In this document: piece by piece, positions 51,042 through 60,452 of the stretch
Layout: the number at the start of each line of letters is the position of its first letter
How positions within the stretch are numbered: position 1 is the stretch's first letter
IMG/VR virus record: IMGVR_UViG_3300026549_000030
Span: 177,997-241,996 of that record
DNA from: a virus
Taxonomy: Duplodnaviria > Caudoviricetes
Strand: one strand, 5' to 3'
DNA length: 64,000 nt
The notes under the pieces: model-generated
What the model saw: only the letters and a program-made list of their open reading frames with translations
What the model was told of the DNA's origin: nothing
Database searches by the model: none
Program-made: the position numbers and the translations under genes

Positions 51042-51748
51042 ATTCGTATGATCTTCCCAAACATTCTATTCTGAAATATATAATCGAATAATAAATATTC
51101 AACACTTTTATTTTCGACTACAAATATACGAAATTTTTTTGACTCCTGCAAATTTTTCTGAATTTTTTTTTGACAAATTTAATTTGTTAAATCAAATTTT
51201 AGCAAATTTTGACATTTGATTATAATCTATTACTTGCGCCCCCGCGCTGAAAAATCAAATCGAAAGTAAATTGCTGAATTTAATTTCAAACTGTAAGCAA
51301 TCGACTGATTTTATATCGTGGAACAAAATGTTCCACAGTTTAATTTGGAATTTTTAAAATTTTTTAAAAATTTGGCATGCGCGGCAGTCTGAATCGGGAT
51401 AAAGGGCACTTTTCTCCTGAGGAACTCTCCCTCTTTTTCCACTTTTTTCCATTTTCTTCCCCGGCACTCACGTTAACACACGGGAAATTGCGGAATTTAT
51501 TTACCAATCCCAGCCCCTAATTCACCTTATTTTGCAACTATTTAATACCCAACAACTTACCAAATCCCTAATAAATATCCAAATATAATTTCACTAAATG
51601 GACTAACGAGGGGGACTTTCCCAGACTTCTAACTCCTTAAAACACAGCAGAATACAAACAAAAAATGGCGGACAAGCCGCCAAAATTAGGGAAAGTAATT
51701 CAAAAACGTACATTCCTCCGGGTTATCTTATGATAAAAAAACGTGGGG

Positions 51749-52036
51749 TTAAATTCCCACGTTACCTATCTGATTAATTCCCTTGAGTTGACTATTATTT
51801 GCCATTGGTTTATTAAACGTACTATTATCTGTATGGACTTTTATCTTTGATTTCCATTGCGGATATTTTTCAAGGGTATCATAGAATGCTGTTACGTCCG
51901 GTAATGATTTATTTCTGATCATAACGTCTATTACAGTAATGCAGTTAAAAGCGCCGGATATATCGTTACTATTGGAAAACATTCTATCTTCTGCTTGTGA
52001 ATAAAAATCCCCGCAATATTTGCAGGGATTAGTCAC
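51749..52036 (-). CDS. Hypothetical protein
   Basis: ORF. Confidence 0.5.
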   Translation of the reverse strand: MTNPCKYCGDFYSQAEDRMFSNSNDISGAFNCITVIDVMIRNKSLPDVTAFYDTLEKYPQWKSKIKVHTDNSTFNKPMANNSQLKGINQIGNVGI

Positions 52037-52050
52037 TATTTTCGAGTTTG

Positions 52051-52500
52051 TTACTCCTTCACGTACTTATCGAAATCCTCATATTTTTCGATCCATTTAT
52101 GTTCAACTAGGTCATATTCTCCGACTATCCAGTTGCCGACATAATTGCAGGGAATCTTGAAATACTTATCGACAAAATCTTTCCAAGCCTTTTCAGCTTC
52201 TTCAATGTTACGGACTCTTACTTCCTCGTCGTCGTCGATTGCGTTTATGCAGTAGAAGGAATCTGTCATCTCGTCGCAGATACTATCAAGTGACGGGGCG
52301 AAGTCATAGGGTGAATACTTTCTTACGGTTCCGACGAAGATAACGCCTGAATAGTCAACGTCCTCGTCGAACGGGTTTCCGTCCTTATTGTCCCATGAAT
52401 ACTGAGCGTACTCAATGAGTTCCTCCACGGTGTCAAACGTATCTGGTTCACAGATATCTTGATCTACTCCGAATCCGAATTTAACTTTATCCTTTTCCAT
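52051..52500 (-). CDS. Acidic hypothetical protein
   Basis: 149-aa ORF. Confidence 0.65.
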   Translation of the reverse strand: MEKDKVKFGFGVDQDICEPDTFDTVEELIEYAQYSWDNKDGNPFDEDVDYSGVIFVGTVRKYSPYDFAPSLDSICDEMTDSFYCINAIDDDEEVRVRNIEEAEKAWKDFVDKYFKIPCNYVGNWIVGEYDLVEHKWIEKYEDFDKYVKE

Positions 52501-52512
52501 TGTATTGTTATT

Positions 52513-52713
52513 TTATTTATTTGGTTTATCGAGCTCTTTGTCTATTTGTTTCTTACAACCACCTAGTGTACTTGTGTGGGCGAATCCGCAGTTATACTCG
52601 TCTACTGCTTCCCATATATATCTGGCTTTACCAAGTAATCCTTCTGCAGCATATTTTCTTATTTCATATCCCCTATAGATATAATGTCCGCTACTGATTC
52701 TTTTTGCATGCAT
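52513..52713 (-). CDS. Small hypothetical protein
   Basis: ORF. Confidence 0.55.
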   Translation of the reverse strand: MHAKRISSGHYIYRGYEIRKYAAEGLLGKARYIWEAVDEYNCGFAHTSTLGGCKKQIDKELDKPNK

Positions 52714-52770
52714 ACCTACTCTTGACTACTACTCTTTCTAGGTTGAAATTTTTAATCTTAAAATTTTCTG

Positions 52771-53058
52771 TCATTTCTTTGCCTGTTTTACCGGCAGGAT
52801 TTCGTGAACCATTACAGAAGCGTATTTTGCTTCCGGGTACTGTGCCTCGAGTCGCTTGATTTGAGCATTAAGAGATTCCACTTCCTTATGGATACGGATT
52901 TCCGTCATAGCATCCTCGCAATCGCAGTGATAATACTCACACACTTCGTTATGATCGATTTCTGTATCAGGATGAATTTCTCTACCACAGTAAGAACAAT
53001 ATACCTTATGATTGCAATGGATGTTCTTTGTGTTATATGGTAATTTTGCGTAAATCAT
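52771..53058 (-). CDS. Small Cys-rich (zinc-binding) protein
   Basis: CSYC...HCDC. Confidence 0.6.
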   Translation of the reverse strand: MIYAKLPYNTKNIHCNHKVYCSYCGREIHPDTEIDHNEVCEYYHCDCEDAMTEIRIHKEVESLNAQIKRLEAQYPEAKYASVMVHEILPVKQAKK

Positions 53059-53100
53059 ACTACTTTAATTTTATTTGTTTTTAATATAGTCGGTAAGTTG

Positions 53101-53245
53101 CCGGCCAGGTTTCTTTTTCAGTGAACGCCGCATGGCGTTTTCTATGATTAGCATAGGGAACGATATACCTGTTGGCTACCCAACAAGGATTTACTATCTT
53201 GACATTCGTTATTCACTCCTGCCCGTAATCCCGCTTCCCGACGGG
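53101..53245 (-). ncRNA. Putative TnpB omega-RNA/reRNA (scaffold plus about 20-nt guide)
   Basis: Overlaps the tnpB 3' end; terminal hairpin AACGCC-ATGC-GGCGTT followed by CAC, resembling an IS200/IS605 right end at 53121; putative guide TGAAAAAGAAACCTGGCCGG. Confidence 0.55.
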
Positions 53246-54396
53246 ATGTTTGTTATATTTTCTACTTTCAATTCCTTGGCAACCAACGCCTGAGGGTGTA
53301 AACCCATTTTCTTTATGTTGATTGCCGCATTAATGTCCCTGTCATGTTCGGCGCCGCAGTGCGGGCACACCCACTGACGGTCATCTAATTTGAGTTCGTG
53401 GTTTACATAACCACAGTTGGAGCAGGTTTTCGAAGAAGGCTCATACTGCCCAATGAAAACAACATTCTTACCATACATATCAGCCTTGTAAGCAAGTTGC
53501 CTTGTAAATTCGTTCCACGCGGCACTTCGAATACTATTAGCAAGGCGGTGATTTTGTGTCATTCCTGTAATATTCAAGTTCTCAAGGCATACCGTATCGT
53601 AATCCCTAATAATTAAGGTTGATAACTTATGGAGGAAATCGCTTCTCCTGTTCGCTATCTTACGATGCAATTTTGCAATTTGAAGGCGTTTTTTCTCGTG
53701 CCTTTTACTCCCCTTCTGTGTTTTTGCAAATCCCTGTTGAAGTCCTGCAAGTCTTTTTTGCCCTTTTTCAAGGAATTTAGGGTTTCCGTACTTTATTCCA
53801 TTGGAAAGAATTGCATAATCTTTGATACCTAAGTCGATACCTACGGTTGTTTCCTCACATACCTTGGTTTTCGGCATGTTTGGTTTTCCGTCATCAACCA
53901 GTATTGTACACCAATAATCTCCACAATGGTCTTTGCTTACGGTAAGAGTACCCATTCTGAGCGTGGTATCAAAAACCCTATTTTCACAGAACTTTACCCA
54001 CCCTATAGTTGGAACAAACACCCAATTTGTTTCGAAATTAAATTTTGCCCCCTGAGGTAGGCGGAAGGAATCTGTGGAGTTCTTTCTCGATTTAAACTTT
54101 GGATAACCTTTCTTCGCTTTAAAAAAACGAGTAAAGGCATTATCCAAATTCCTAAGTGATTGTTGCAGTGACGCAGCGGAGGACAGTTTTAGCCATTCGT
54201 GTTCACCGTCCTTTTTGAGTTTTGTAAGTTCGCCACAAAGTTGGACACAGGAGATTGATTTCCTTTCTTCCTCCCACACCTTCTTTTTCATGTCAAGCCC
54301 CCAGTTATAAACGAATCGAGCATTGCCGAAGGCTTGGGACAATGACTTGCATTGTTTAACCGTCGGTTTTAATTTGTATTTGTATGCTCTCATCAT
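53209..54396 (-). CDS. tnpB: TnpB/Cas12f-like RNA-guided RuvC nuclease (395 aa), no adjacent TnpA
   Basis: MRAYKYKLKPT HTH start; RuvC motifs GIDLG, CLENL and DRDINAAINI intact; CSNC/CPHC zinc ribbon. The ORF-track extension to 54606 is only the translated repeat array. Confidence 0.92.
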   Translation of the reverse strand: MMRAYKYKLKPTVKQCKSLSQAFGNARFVYNWGLDMKKKVWEEERKSISCVQLCGELTKLKKDGEHEWLKLSSAASLQQSLRNLDNAFTRFFKAKKGYPKFKSRKNSTDSFRLPQGAKFNFETNWVFVPTIGWVKFCENRVFDTTLRMGTLTVSKDHCGDYWCTILVDDGKPNMPKTKVCEETTVGIDLGIKDYAILSNGIKYGNPKFLEKGQKRLAGLQQGFAKTQKGSKRHEKKRLQIAKLHRKIANRRSDFLHKLSTLIIRDYDTVCLENLNITGMTQNHRLANSIRSAAWNEFTRQLAYKADMYGKNVVFIGQYEPSSKTCSNCGYVNHELKLDDRQWVCPHCGAEHDRDINAAINIKKMGLHPQALVAKELKVENITNIPSGSGITGRSE

Positions 54397-54458
54397 TTTA
54401 TAAAAAATCTTTTTTATTATAAATAGTTGCTTGTCTGAAAAAGTTCGAAGGGAATCGG

Positions 54459-54560
54459 GGTGTCGGTTTACTATAAATTCAATGGATTTACAACTTTCCA
54501 TTATATATTCAATTGGTAGTAGCAGGTGTTGGTTCACCACAAATTCAATGGATTTACAAC
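54459..54560. CRISPR. Mini CRISPR array: 36-bp repeat, 30-bp spacer, 36-bp repeat
   Basis: GGTGTCGGTTTACTATAAATTCAATGGATTTACAAC (54459-54494); spacer TTTCCATTATATATTCAATTGGTAGTAGCA; GGTGTTGGTTCACCACAAATTCAATGGATTTACAAC (54525-54560); 32/36 identical. Confidence 0.75.
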
Positions 54561-54857
54561 CTTCTCGTTCTATCTTATTGATTTTCCGAGCAATACACGC
54601 GCACACCGACGCGCAAAATTCCTAAAATTATATTGCATTATGTCATATTTGTTCATTTTTTAGCCAACAGGTATATCATTTCCTTAGCATATATACATTA
54701 TATCTTTCCTCAAAAGGCATGGACGTTTGTAGGAGTTTGTCAACAGTCAGATTCAGTACGTTGTCCAACTTCTCATATTCTTTTTTAGAAAGGATGCCCT
54801 TCGCCTTGGCTTCAAGGCTGTACAGTTTGTTATTTAATATTTCAGGAGAGGGACGCA

Positions 54858-55547
54858 TTAATCTGTCTCCTCTCCCTTCAACTGAGCAAGCACCTTCTCA
54901 AGTTTCTGAATCATCAAATCCTTGAACGGCACCTTTCTTACACCAAAGAATGAACCATTGTCGGGAACGTATGCCTCAATCTCAGTAGTAACCTTCTCGT
55001 CGCAGGAAGCCACAAGCTCCACGATATCCTTTGCCATCATCAGGGTTTCTCCGTTAATGATAGAGGAAATGACGGCAATGCCGCTCTCGGTATCCTCTAC
55101 GTCCTGAGAGAATGAGAGCCCGCCGAAGCTGCTGACGATAGAGACAGTATCGTTGTCAAAATTATCCTTGACGCTGAATGACAGCCTGAACACCGGTCCA
55201 ATGCTTCTTGTATAGGTGTCTGCCGTCCATCCGTCCTTGCTGCGCTCGAATCCGAACTTTTCCTCCATATGGTAGATAATCTGTGAGGAGATACGGCAAC
55301 CTTTTCTCATTAACGGATTGTATGTATCCACAGGATAAGGAAGTGATTTCTCCCATTCGAGAAGTGCATTGTTCAACTCCTCAACGGTAGAATATGATTT
55401 ACCGTTGAAAATAGCCTTGCCATTCTTGAGGGCAATGTTGCCACAATAACCTACACCATAGGTGAACTCTCCACTCTTGCGATAGAGTGAAATATCCTTG
55501 TTGTCACCGAGGATGTTAAACTTCTCTTTTAAATCTTGTCTTGTCAT
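54858..55547 (-). CDS. Hypothetical protein
   Basis: ORF after a minus-strand Bacteroidetes-type promoter (about 55571-55603). Confidence 0.7.
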   Translation of the reverse strand: MTRQDLKEKFNILGDNKDISLYRKSGEFTYGVGYCGNIALKNGKAIFNGKSYSTVEELNNALLEWEKSLPYPVDTYNPLMRKGCRISSQIIYHMEEKFGFERSKDGWTADTYTRSIGPVFRLSFSVKDNFDNDTVSIVSSFGGLSFSQDVEDTESGIAVISSIINGETLMMAKDIVELVASCDEKVTTEIEAYVPDNGSFFGVRKVPFKDLMIQKLEKVLAQLKGEETD

Positions 55548-55628
55548 AATTTCGTTATTTTTATTACAACGCAAATGTAGGGAGAATTTTTTTAATTTGC
55601 AAGTCAGATTATTCTGATTTTTTGTGTT

Positions 55629-55901
55629 CTACGTGTCAATACCTTCCACTTTACCGCCGCACATTACGATACCGTTAACCAGACCCTCGAAGAGTGCGTT
55701 CTCATATATTTGGAAACTTCTCTTAAAAGCTTTGGGATGTTTCATATCGAAGCGAGACAATGACAAATGTAACTCATTGTTGTCGATTTTTTGTTGTATA
55801 TGTTCGTGAACGAAATTTTCTAATTGTTCTGTGGTAAAAATTTTATTTTCTTTCATGGTGTTTGATATAATTGGTAAGGCGAATTTTGTAATTGTCTTCA
55901 T
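55629..55901 (-). CDS. Small hypothetical protein
   Basis: ORF. Confidence 0.5.
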   Translation of the reverse strand: MKTITKFALPIISNTMKENKIFTTEQLENFVHEHIQQKIDNNELHLSLSRFDMKHPKAFKRSFQIYENALFEGLVNGIVMCGGKVEGIDT

Positions 55902-56112
55902 TGCTCAAATTTCTTATAGCGTCGAGATAGATAGATTCGTACGCCAGGAATTTTCTATAAAGTGGGTAATTTTTTCTGAGACATTCATGGGCAATTATGG
56001 AAAAATTTAAGTCTACGTCCTTACGGAATTTTTGATATTGTGAACGGGTGAGGTTATTCTCGGCCCATTCTTCATATTCATTAAGCCTTTGGCAAAATTC
56101 ACGCTCTGTCAT
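55843..56112 (-). CDS. Small hypothetical protein
   Basis: ORF. Confidence 0.5.
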   Translation of the reverse strand: MTEREFCQRLNEYEEWAENNLTRSQYQKFRKDVDLNFSIIAHECLRKNYPLYRKFLAYESIYLDAIRNLSNEDNYKIRLTNYIKHHERK

Positions 56113-56526
56113 GGTTCTTTATATAATCAGTAAGTCTTATAGGGGAATCCTGGGAACGCCCCCTTATGGTAAACGTTGTAGTAATCTTATCTGGTAGGTA
56201 CGGGGTTGCGTTGAAATGGAGGGTTACTGTCTTATTCGCATATTTAGACTTCACTGTTCCTATCATAAATTTTGGAAATTATACATGCGTTTGATCCTGA
56301 ACACAGGGATTGTTTTCTTCCTGTTCCATGCTTTTTTTGCTTACAATTCGTACTCTCTAATGGTTTTAAGCGGATATAGACGAATCTTATCAGAACAGTT
56401 GTCCGTTGTTATAATAAGGTCTATGAATTCAGCCTTCTTTAATTTCCTATATTGCTCGGGAGATACCTTCTCCCGTATCCACATTCCGTCCATATGTTTA
56501 CTTTATTAAATTTTCAAAACAGTATT

Positions 56527-56769
56527 TTATTCGTTCCTGATTTTCTGTGCCTCTTTCCAGTTCCGTTTATATCCAATCTTACCGGCAATATTTTCTTCTG
56601 TAATAGTAATCAACCCCAAGGTATCATTTACGCCATAACCGGAGTAAAAAATCGTAGTAAATATTCCAACCCGATATATATTATCAACTGCAAATTCAGA
56701 CCCGGCATTGGTCCTCAAAATATCGCCTCTCTTGTATTTCGCCTTTTTTATCTTGTGTAATGTTTCCAT
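56527..56769 (-). CDS. Small hypothetical protein
   Basis: ORF. Confidence 0.55.
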   Translation of the reverse strand: METLHKIKKAKYKRGDILRTNAGSEFAVDNIYRVGIFTTIFYSGYGVNDTLGLITITEENIAGKIGYKRNWKEAQKIRNE

Positions 56770-56772
56770 ACT

Positions 56773-57159
56773 CTAAATCAAATTTTCAAGACAATACTTT
56801 ATTGCTGCTTCTGCTGCCTTTTCATAAGAATCATAACCACACAATTCTGTAACAAGTCCATCCTTCTTGATATATCCAACATCTGCTGTCCACCAATATC
56901 CTTCACCGCTTCCAAAATCTACAAAAGGTTCAATAGAAATATTGTGTACTTCTCTAAACCACTTCATTGCCGTTTGGAGAGTTGGAACATTTAGGTAATT
57001 AGTATTAGGCTGTGCTCTATGTGGATATTTTCTCCATAGTTTTAAATCCTTTCCATCATTGTCATAGAATATATTATAGTAAGCATAACATTGTTCATCA
57101 AACCCCTTTTCCTTCAGGAGTTTGGCAGTCTTAAAGCTAACGTAATCTTCAGTAATCAT
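56773..57159 (-). CDS. Phage hypothetical protein (EDYVSF.TAKLLKEKGFD type)
   Basis: PTLQTAMKWFRE; YEKAAEAAIKYCLENLI. Confidence 0.7.
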   Translation of the reverse strand: MITEDYVSFKTAKLLKEKGFDEQCYAYYNIFYDNDGKDLKLWRKYPHRAQPNTNYLNVPTLQTAMKWFREVHNISIEPFVDFGSGEGYWWTADVGYIKKDGLVTELCGYDSYEKAAEAAIKYCLENLI

Positions 57160-57347
57160 TTTGCATGCAAATTAGCATATTTTTTGACAAGTTCTTCAAT
57201 ATCAACCATTCTTGCGCGTTTTGGGGTTTGCTCGTCTATTTGGGATAAAATGTCAGATACGAGATATTCGGGCAGTTTACTGTCCGCATAGTTTTTAATA
57301 AGATCACGAAAATCTTCTACGTCTGCTTGTGGAATGTAAATAATCAT
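57156..57347 (-). CDS. Small hypothetical protein
   Basis: ORF coupled to the downstream gene. Confidence 0.5.
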   Translation of the reverse strand: MIIYIPQADVEDFRDLIKNYADSKLPEYLVSDILSQIDEQTPKRARMVDIEELVKKYANLHAK

Positions 57348-57426
57348 TTTATTTTATTTTATATGGTTACGCGCCGATACCGAAAAGCCTTTTTATAAAG
57401 TTTCTTCTTTGCATATCTTTAATTTT

Positions 57427-57660
57427 TTAAACATCTTCCATCCAGTTGCCCTCATTCCACGAATAACCGCTCATCCAATCTCCCAAGACAAATAGCCCGT
57501 GTCCAAGTTTCATGATAAGCCAACAAAGCCCAAGCCACAACATTATAAACGGGAATGTTACTACATACAGTATCTGCTTCCATAACGGATAGAACCACCA
57601 ATCTCCACGGCCCTCATCGTGGTACCTCTGTATTTTTTCTAATTCGGTTTCTTTTTTCAT
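57427..57660 (-). CDS. Small membrane protein
   Basis: Hydrophobic segment. Confidence 0.55.
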   Translation of the reverse strand: MKKETELEKIQRYHDEGRGDWWFYPLWKQILYVVTFPFIMLWLGLCWLIMKLGHGLFVLGDWMSGYSWNEGNWMEDV

Positions 57661-57686
57661 AATGAGTTGATTATATCCAGCACAAA

Positions 57687-58196
57687 TTATTCCGCCTTGT
57701 ACATTCCTTCAGGTGCTTCGAGTGCAAGTCCCTTTGGAATTAAGCAACGATAGTCAAAATGATGAGCATTGAGCCAATCAATAGAAACCTGATGTGATTT
57801 TCCAAAATAATAAGGAGCGAGTTCTTCTGCTTTATCTTCATCATCAATTTCGTTTAATTTATCTAATTCTAAATTAAATAAATCAGCCCACTCTTCTCTT
57901 TCCTTATCTGTCATGCTTGACATTAAGCGAAGGTAAGGCCTTACATTGCACTCATCAATATCAAAACCACCACATCTTACATTATATTGAGCGATTGGTT
58001 CACTAAGCTCATCTATAATTACTCTATTTTCTTGTGGATATACAGCGTATAAGATGCCGGTGAGAAATCTACCATCTCTGTAAGAAAATTCACTGGCAGA
58101 AGCATCTCTTTCTGTTTCAGTTAAAGAAATTCTAACACCATACGGCAATCTAACACAAAGTTCTTTAAGCAATAGTTGTTTTTCTTCTTGTGTCAT
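57687..58196 (-). CDS. QEEKQLLL-family paralog 1
   Basis: Conserved N-terminus, PYLR.MSSMT and DYR.LIP.GLALEA. Confidence 0.75.
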   Translation of the reverse strand: MTQEEKQLLLKELCVRLPYGVRISLTETERDASASEFSYRDGRFLTGILYAVYPQENRVIIDELSEPIAQYNVRCGGFDIDECNVRPYLRLMSSMTDKEREEWADLFNLELDKLNEIDDEDKAEELAPYYFGKSHQVSIDWLNAHHFDYRCLIPKGLALEAPEGMYKAE

Positions 58197-58427
58197 AATT
58201 CAAGTAAACGTTTTATTATTTCCTCTTTTTTATTTTGTTCCAAGATACATCGAACTCCGTCTTTCAATAACAATACGCACTCAGTATATTCCCTAAATTC
58301 TCCAATAGGTATAAGTTTTACCTTTTTATATTCCTCTATTCTGTCAATCTCATCAGTATTTACAATGAAACGCCTTACTGTACATTGCCCACTAAAATGG
58401 AAATATATTTCTACAAACTTTGTCATA

Positions 58428-58730
58428 TTAATTTTCAATTGTCTCTCCCTGTTTCGCCATCCACTCTGCTCCGGCTTTGAAACCATCAAAGAATAAGAAT
58501 CCAACTGGATGTTCTTTTGGCTTTACAGCAGTTTTTACATCATATTCTTTGTACGCTTTCTTCGCCGCCTCGTCCAGATTGGAGGGAAGGGAAGGCTGAG
58601 ATAAGTTATAAGTCGCTAAAATGTGCTCCCAAAATGTATCATCCGAGTTGTATATTATTGTTGCGGCGTCCCGTTCGCTGCGGAAATTGTCATAAATTTG
58701 GCAGATTTGTTTTATATCTTCTTTTGTCAT
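58428..58730 (-). CDS. Hypothetical protein
   Basis: ORF; PSNLDEAA...GFKAGAEW. Confidence 0.55.
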   Translation of the reverse strand: MTKEDIKQICQIYDNFRSERDAATIIYNSDDTFWEHILATYNLSQPSLPSNLDEAAKKAYKEYDVKTAVKPKEHPVGFLFFDGFKAGAEWMAKQGETIEN

Positions 58731-58733
58731 AAT

Positions 58734-59168
58734 CTATTCAGTTTTATACATATCTTCTGGTGCTTCAAGAGCAAGTCCCATAGGAATAAGACCACGGTAA
58801 TCAAAATAATGAGAATTGAGCCAATCGATTGTTCTCACCATTACCCTTTCAGTAATAATGGAATTCCCCCACTCAGGTAAATGATTGGAAAAATACTCTC
58901 CATCTTTCCGAAGACCGCTTATCTTACGGAACTCATAGTACTCCTCCTCGGTCATACTTGACATTGGACGGAGATATGGTTTGACATTGTCTATATATAC
59001 TTTTGCGTCGTCATCATTTGGAATATCCAGATTAATAGCATTAGTATATAAATCAATTCCAATGCATTTTATATCAATGCATTCATTGTACCAAGTATGA
59101 ACAATTATGCCGTATGGTAATCTTGCACAAAGATCAGTAAGCAATAGTTGTTTTTCTTCTTGTGTCAT
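58734..59168 (-). CDS. QEEKQLLL-family paralog 2
   Basis: As paralog 1. Confidence 0.75.
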   Translation of the reverse strand: MTQEEKQLLLTDLCARLPYGIIVHTWYNECIDIKCIGIDLYTNAINLDIPNDDDAKVYIDNVKPYLRPMSSMTEEEYYEFRKISGLRKDGEYFSNHLPEWGNSIITERVMVRTIDWLNSHYFDYRGLIPMGLALEAPEDMYKTE

Positions 59169-59179
59169 AAAGGTTACTT

Positions 59180-59392
59180 TTAAATTTTAGAATTAAGCCA
59201 GGCGTTGAGCTTATGGCTTGATTTGGAGTAGAACACAAAGGATGTTATGAGCGCCAGACAAATAGGGTTTGTAAGTATCAATGCTTCGTTACCCCATATA
59301 AACATTGAGACGACGTTAACTATAAGCCATATGGTTGCCATTACCCATACGGAGGCGTCTCTCTTTGTTTTAACCAATTTACTTAAGTTCAT
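59180..59392 (-). CDS. Small membrane protein
   Basis: Two hydrophobic segments. Confidence 0.55.
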   Translation of the reverse strand: MNLSKLVKTKRDASVWVMATIWLIVNVVSMFIWGNEALILTNPICLALITSFVFYSKSSHKLNAWLNSKI

Positions 59393-59405
59393 ATTGTTGT
59401 GTTTT

Positions 59406-59726
59406 TTAGTGAGAAGAATTAAAGACGAATTCGTTGTTATGGAAATTAATGAATATATTGCCGTTTAAGATAAAATCCCATAACAGTTTACTCACCCTTA
59501 TATGTTCTGATGGTTGTAGTTGAGGCGACTGATAGAAAATCTCAGGGTCGGCTCCTACTAGACGATTGTTAATAACGGCATCATTAATTAAATTACGGCA
59601 AAGATGATTATATGTAGGAAACTCTTCTTTTTTAACATAAGACAAAATAAACTCCTTTAGTTCATTATCAGTATAAGATGTTTCAAAATAAACATCTCCA
59701 TAAATTGTGTGATTGTATTGCTGCAT
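59406..59726 (-). CDS. Hypothetical protein
   Basis: ORF with its own promoter (about 59762-59793). Confidence 0.6.
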   Translation of the reverse strand: MQQYNHTIYGDVYFETSYTDNELKEFILSYVKKEEFPTYNHLCRNLINDAVINNRLVGADPEIFYQSPQLQPSEHIRVSKLLWDFILNGNIFINFHNNEFVFNSSH

Positions 59727-60109
59727 ATATCATTAAATTTTATACATTCATTATAAACGTCGCAAAGATAAGTAATTAATCCAATATATACAAATTATTT
59801 ACATTTGCAACAAGATCGAATTTTTTAATAATATAATTAATCAAAATGTATCTCAATGAACCGTCATGTTACAGTAAAGCCTCTATGTGCACACAAAGTT
59901 TCCTAAAATACATCTTTTCTTCCTGTGTCATAATTACTAATCATCCAATAAAAAATGAGACATAAGAGTGATTGGCCAGAAGGCAATCAGTATTCCTCCT
60001 ATTACATTATCCAACATATCATTTTCATTCAACATATTAAGAACATCTATCTTATAACAGATAAATGTTCCAAATATAGAATATGCAATAAGCGCCAATA
60101 CAATCCAAA

Positions 60110-60442
60110 TCATAATCTGTACATTCCTTCTGGGGCTTCAATTGCAAGTCCTTTATTAATTAAACCTCTATAATCTAAATTATGCGCATTGAATAAATCA
60201 AATATGTCTGAAAGAATATTCATATGACAGATAATAATCTTTTCTTCCTCTGTAATACTTGATAATGGACGGAGATAAGGCTTATAATCATAATACTCAT
60301 AGCCGTTTTGGATTTCGTGGAGAATGTCCGTCGTTAAAAAGCACTTGTAATCAGTATCGCTGTCTGTACAGCGAACAACAACATTATAAGGCAACCTTGC
60401 ACAAAGATCAGTCAGCAACAGTTGTTTATCTTCCTGTATCAT
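60110..60442 (-). CDS. QEEKQLLL-family paralog 3
   Basis: As paralog 1. Confidence 0.75.
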   Translation of the reverse strand: MIQEDKQLLLTDLCARLPYNVVVRCTDSDTDYKCFLTTDILHEIQNGYEYYDYKPYLRPLSSITEEEKIIICHMNILSDIFDLFNAHNLDYRGLINKGLAIEAPEGMYRL

Positions 60443-60452
60443 ATAGATTGTT

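Noticed and set aside
54397-54606. 70-aa N-terminal extension of TnpB in the ORF track
   Set aside because: It is the CRISPR repeats read in frame (CKSIEF.VN.H twice); the TnpB domain begins at MMRAYKY.
53101-54660. Intact autonomous IS605 transposon
   Set aside because: No TnpA (Y1 or serine) gene is nearby and no clear left-end hairpin was seen.
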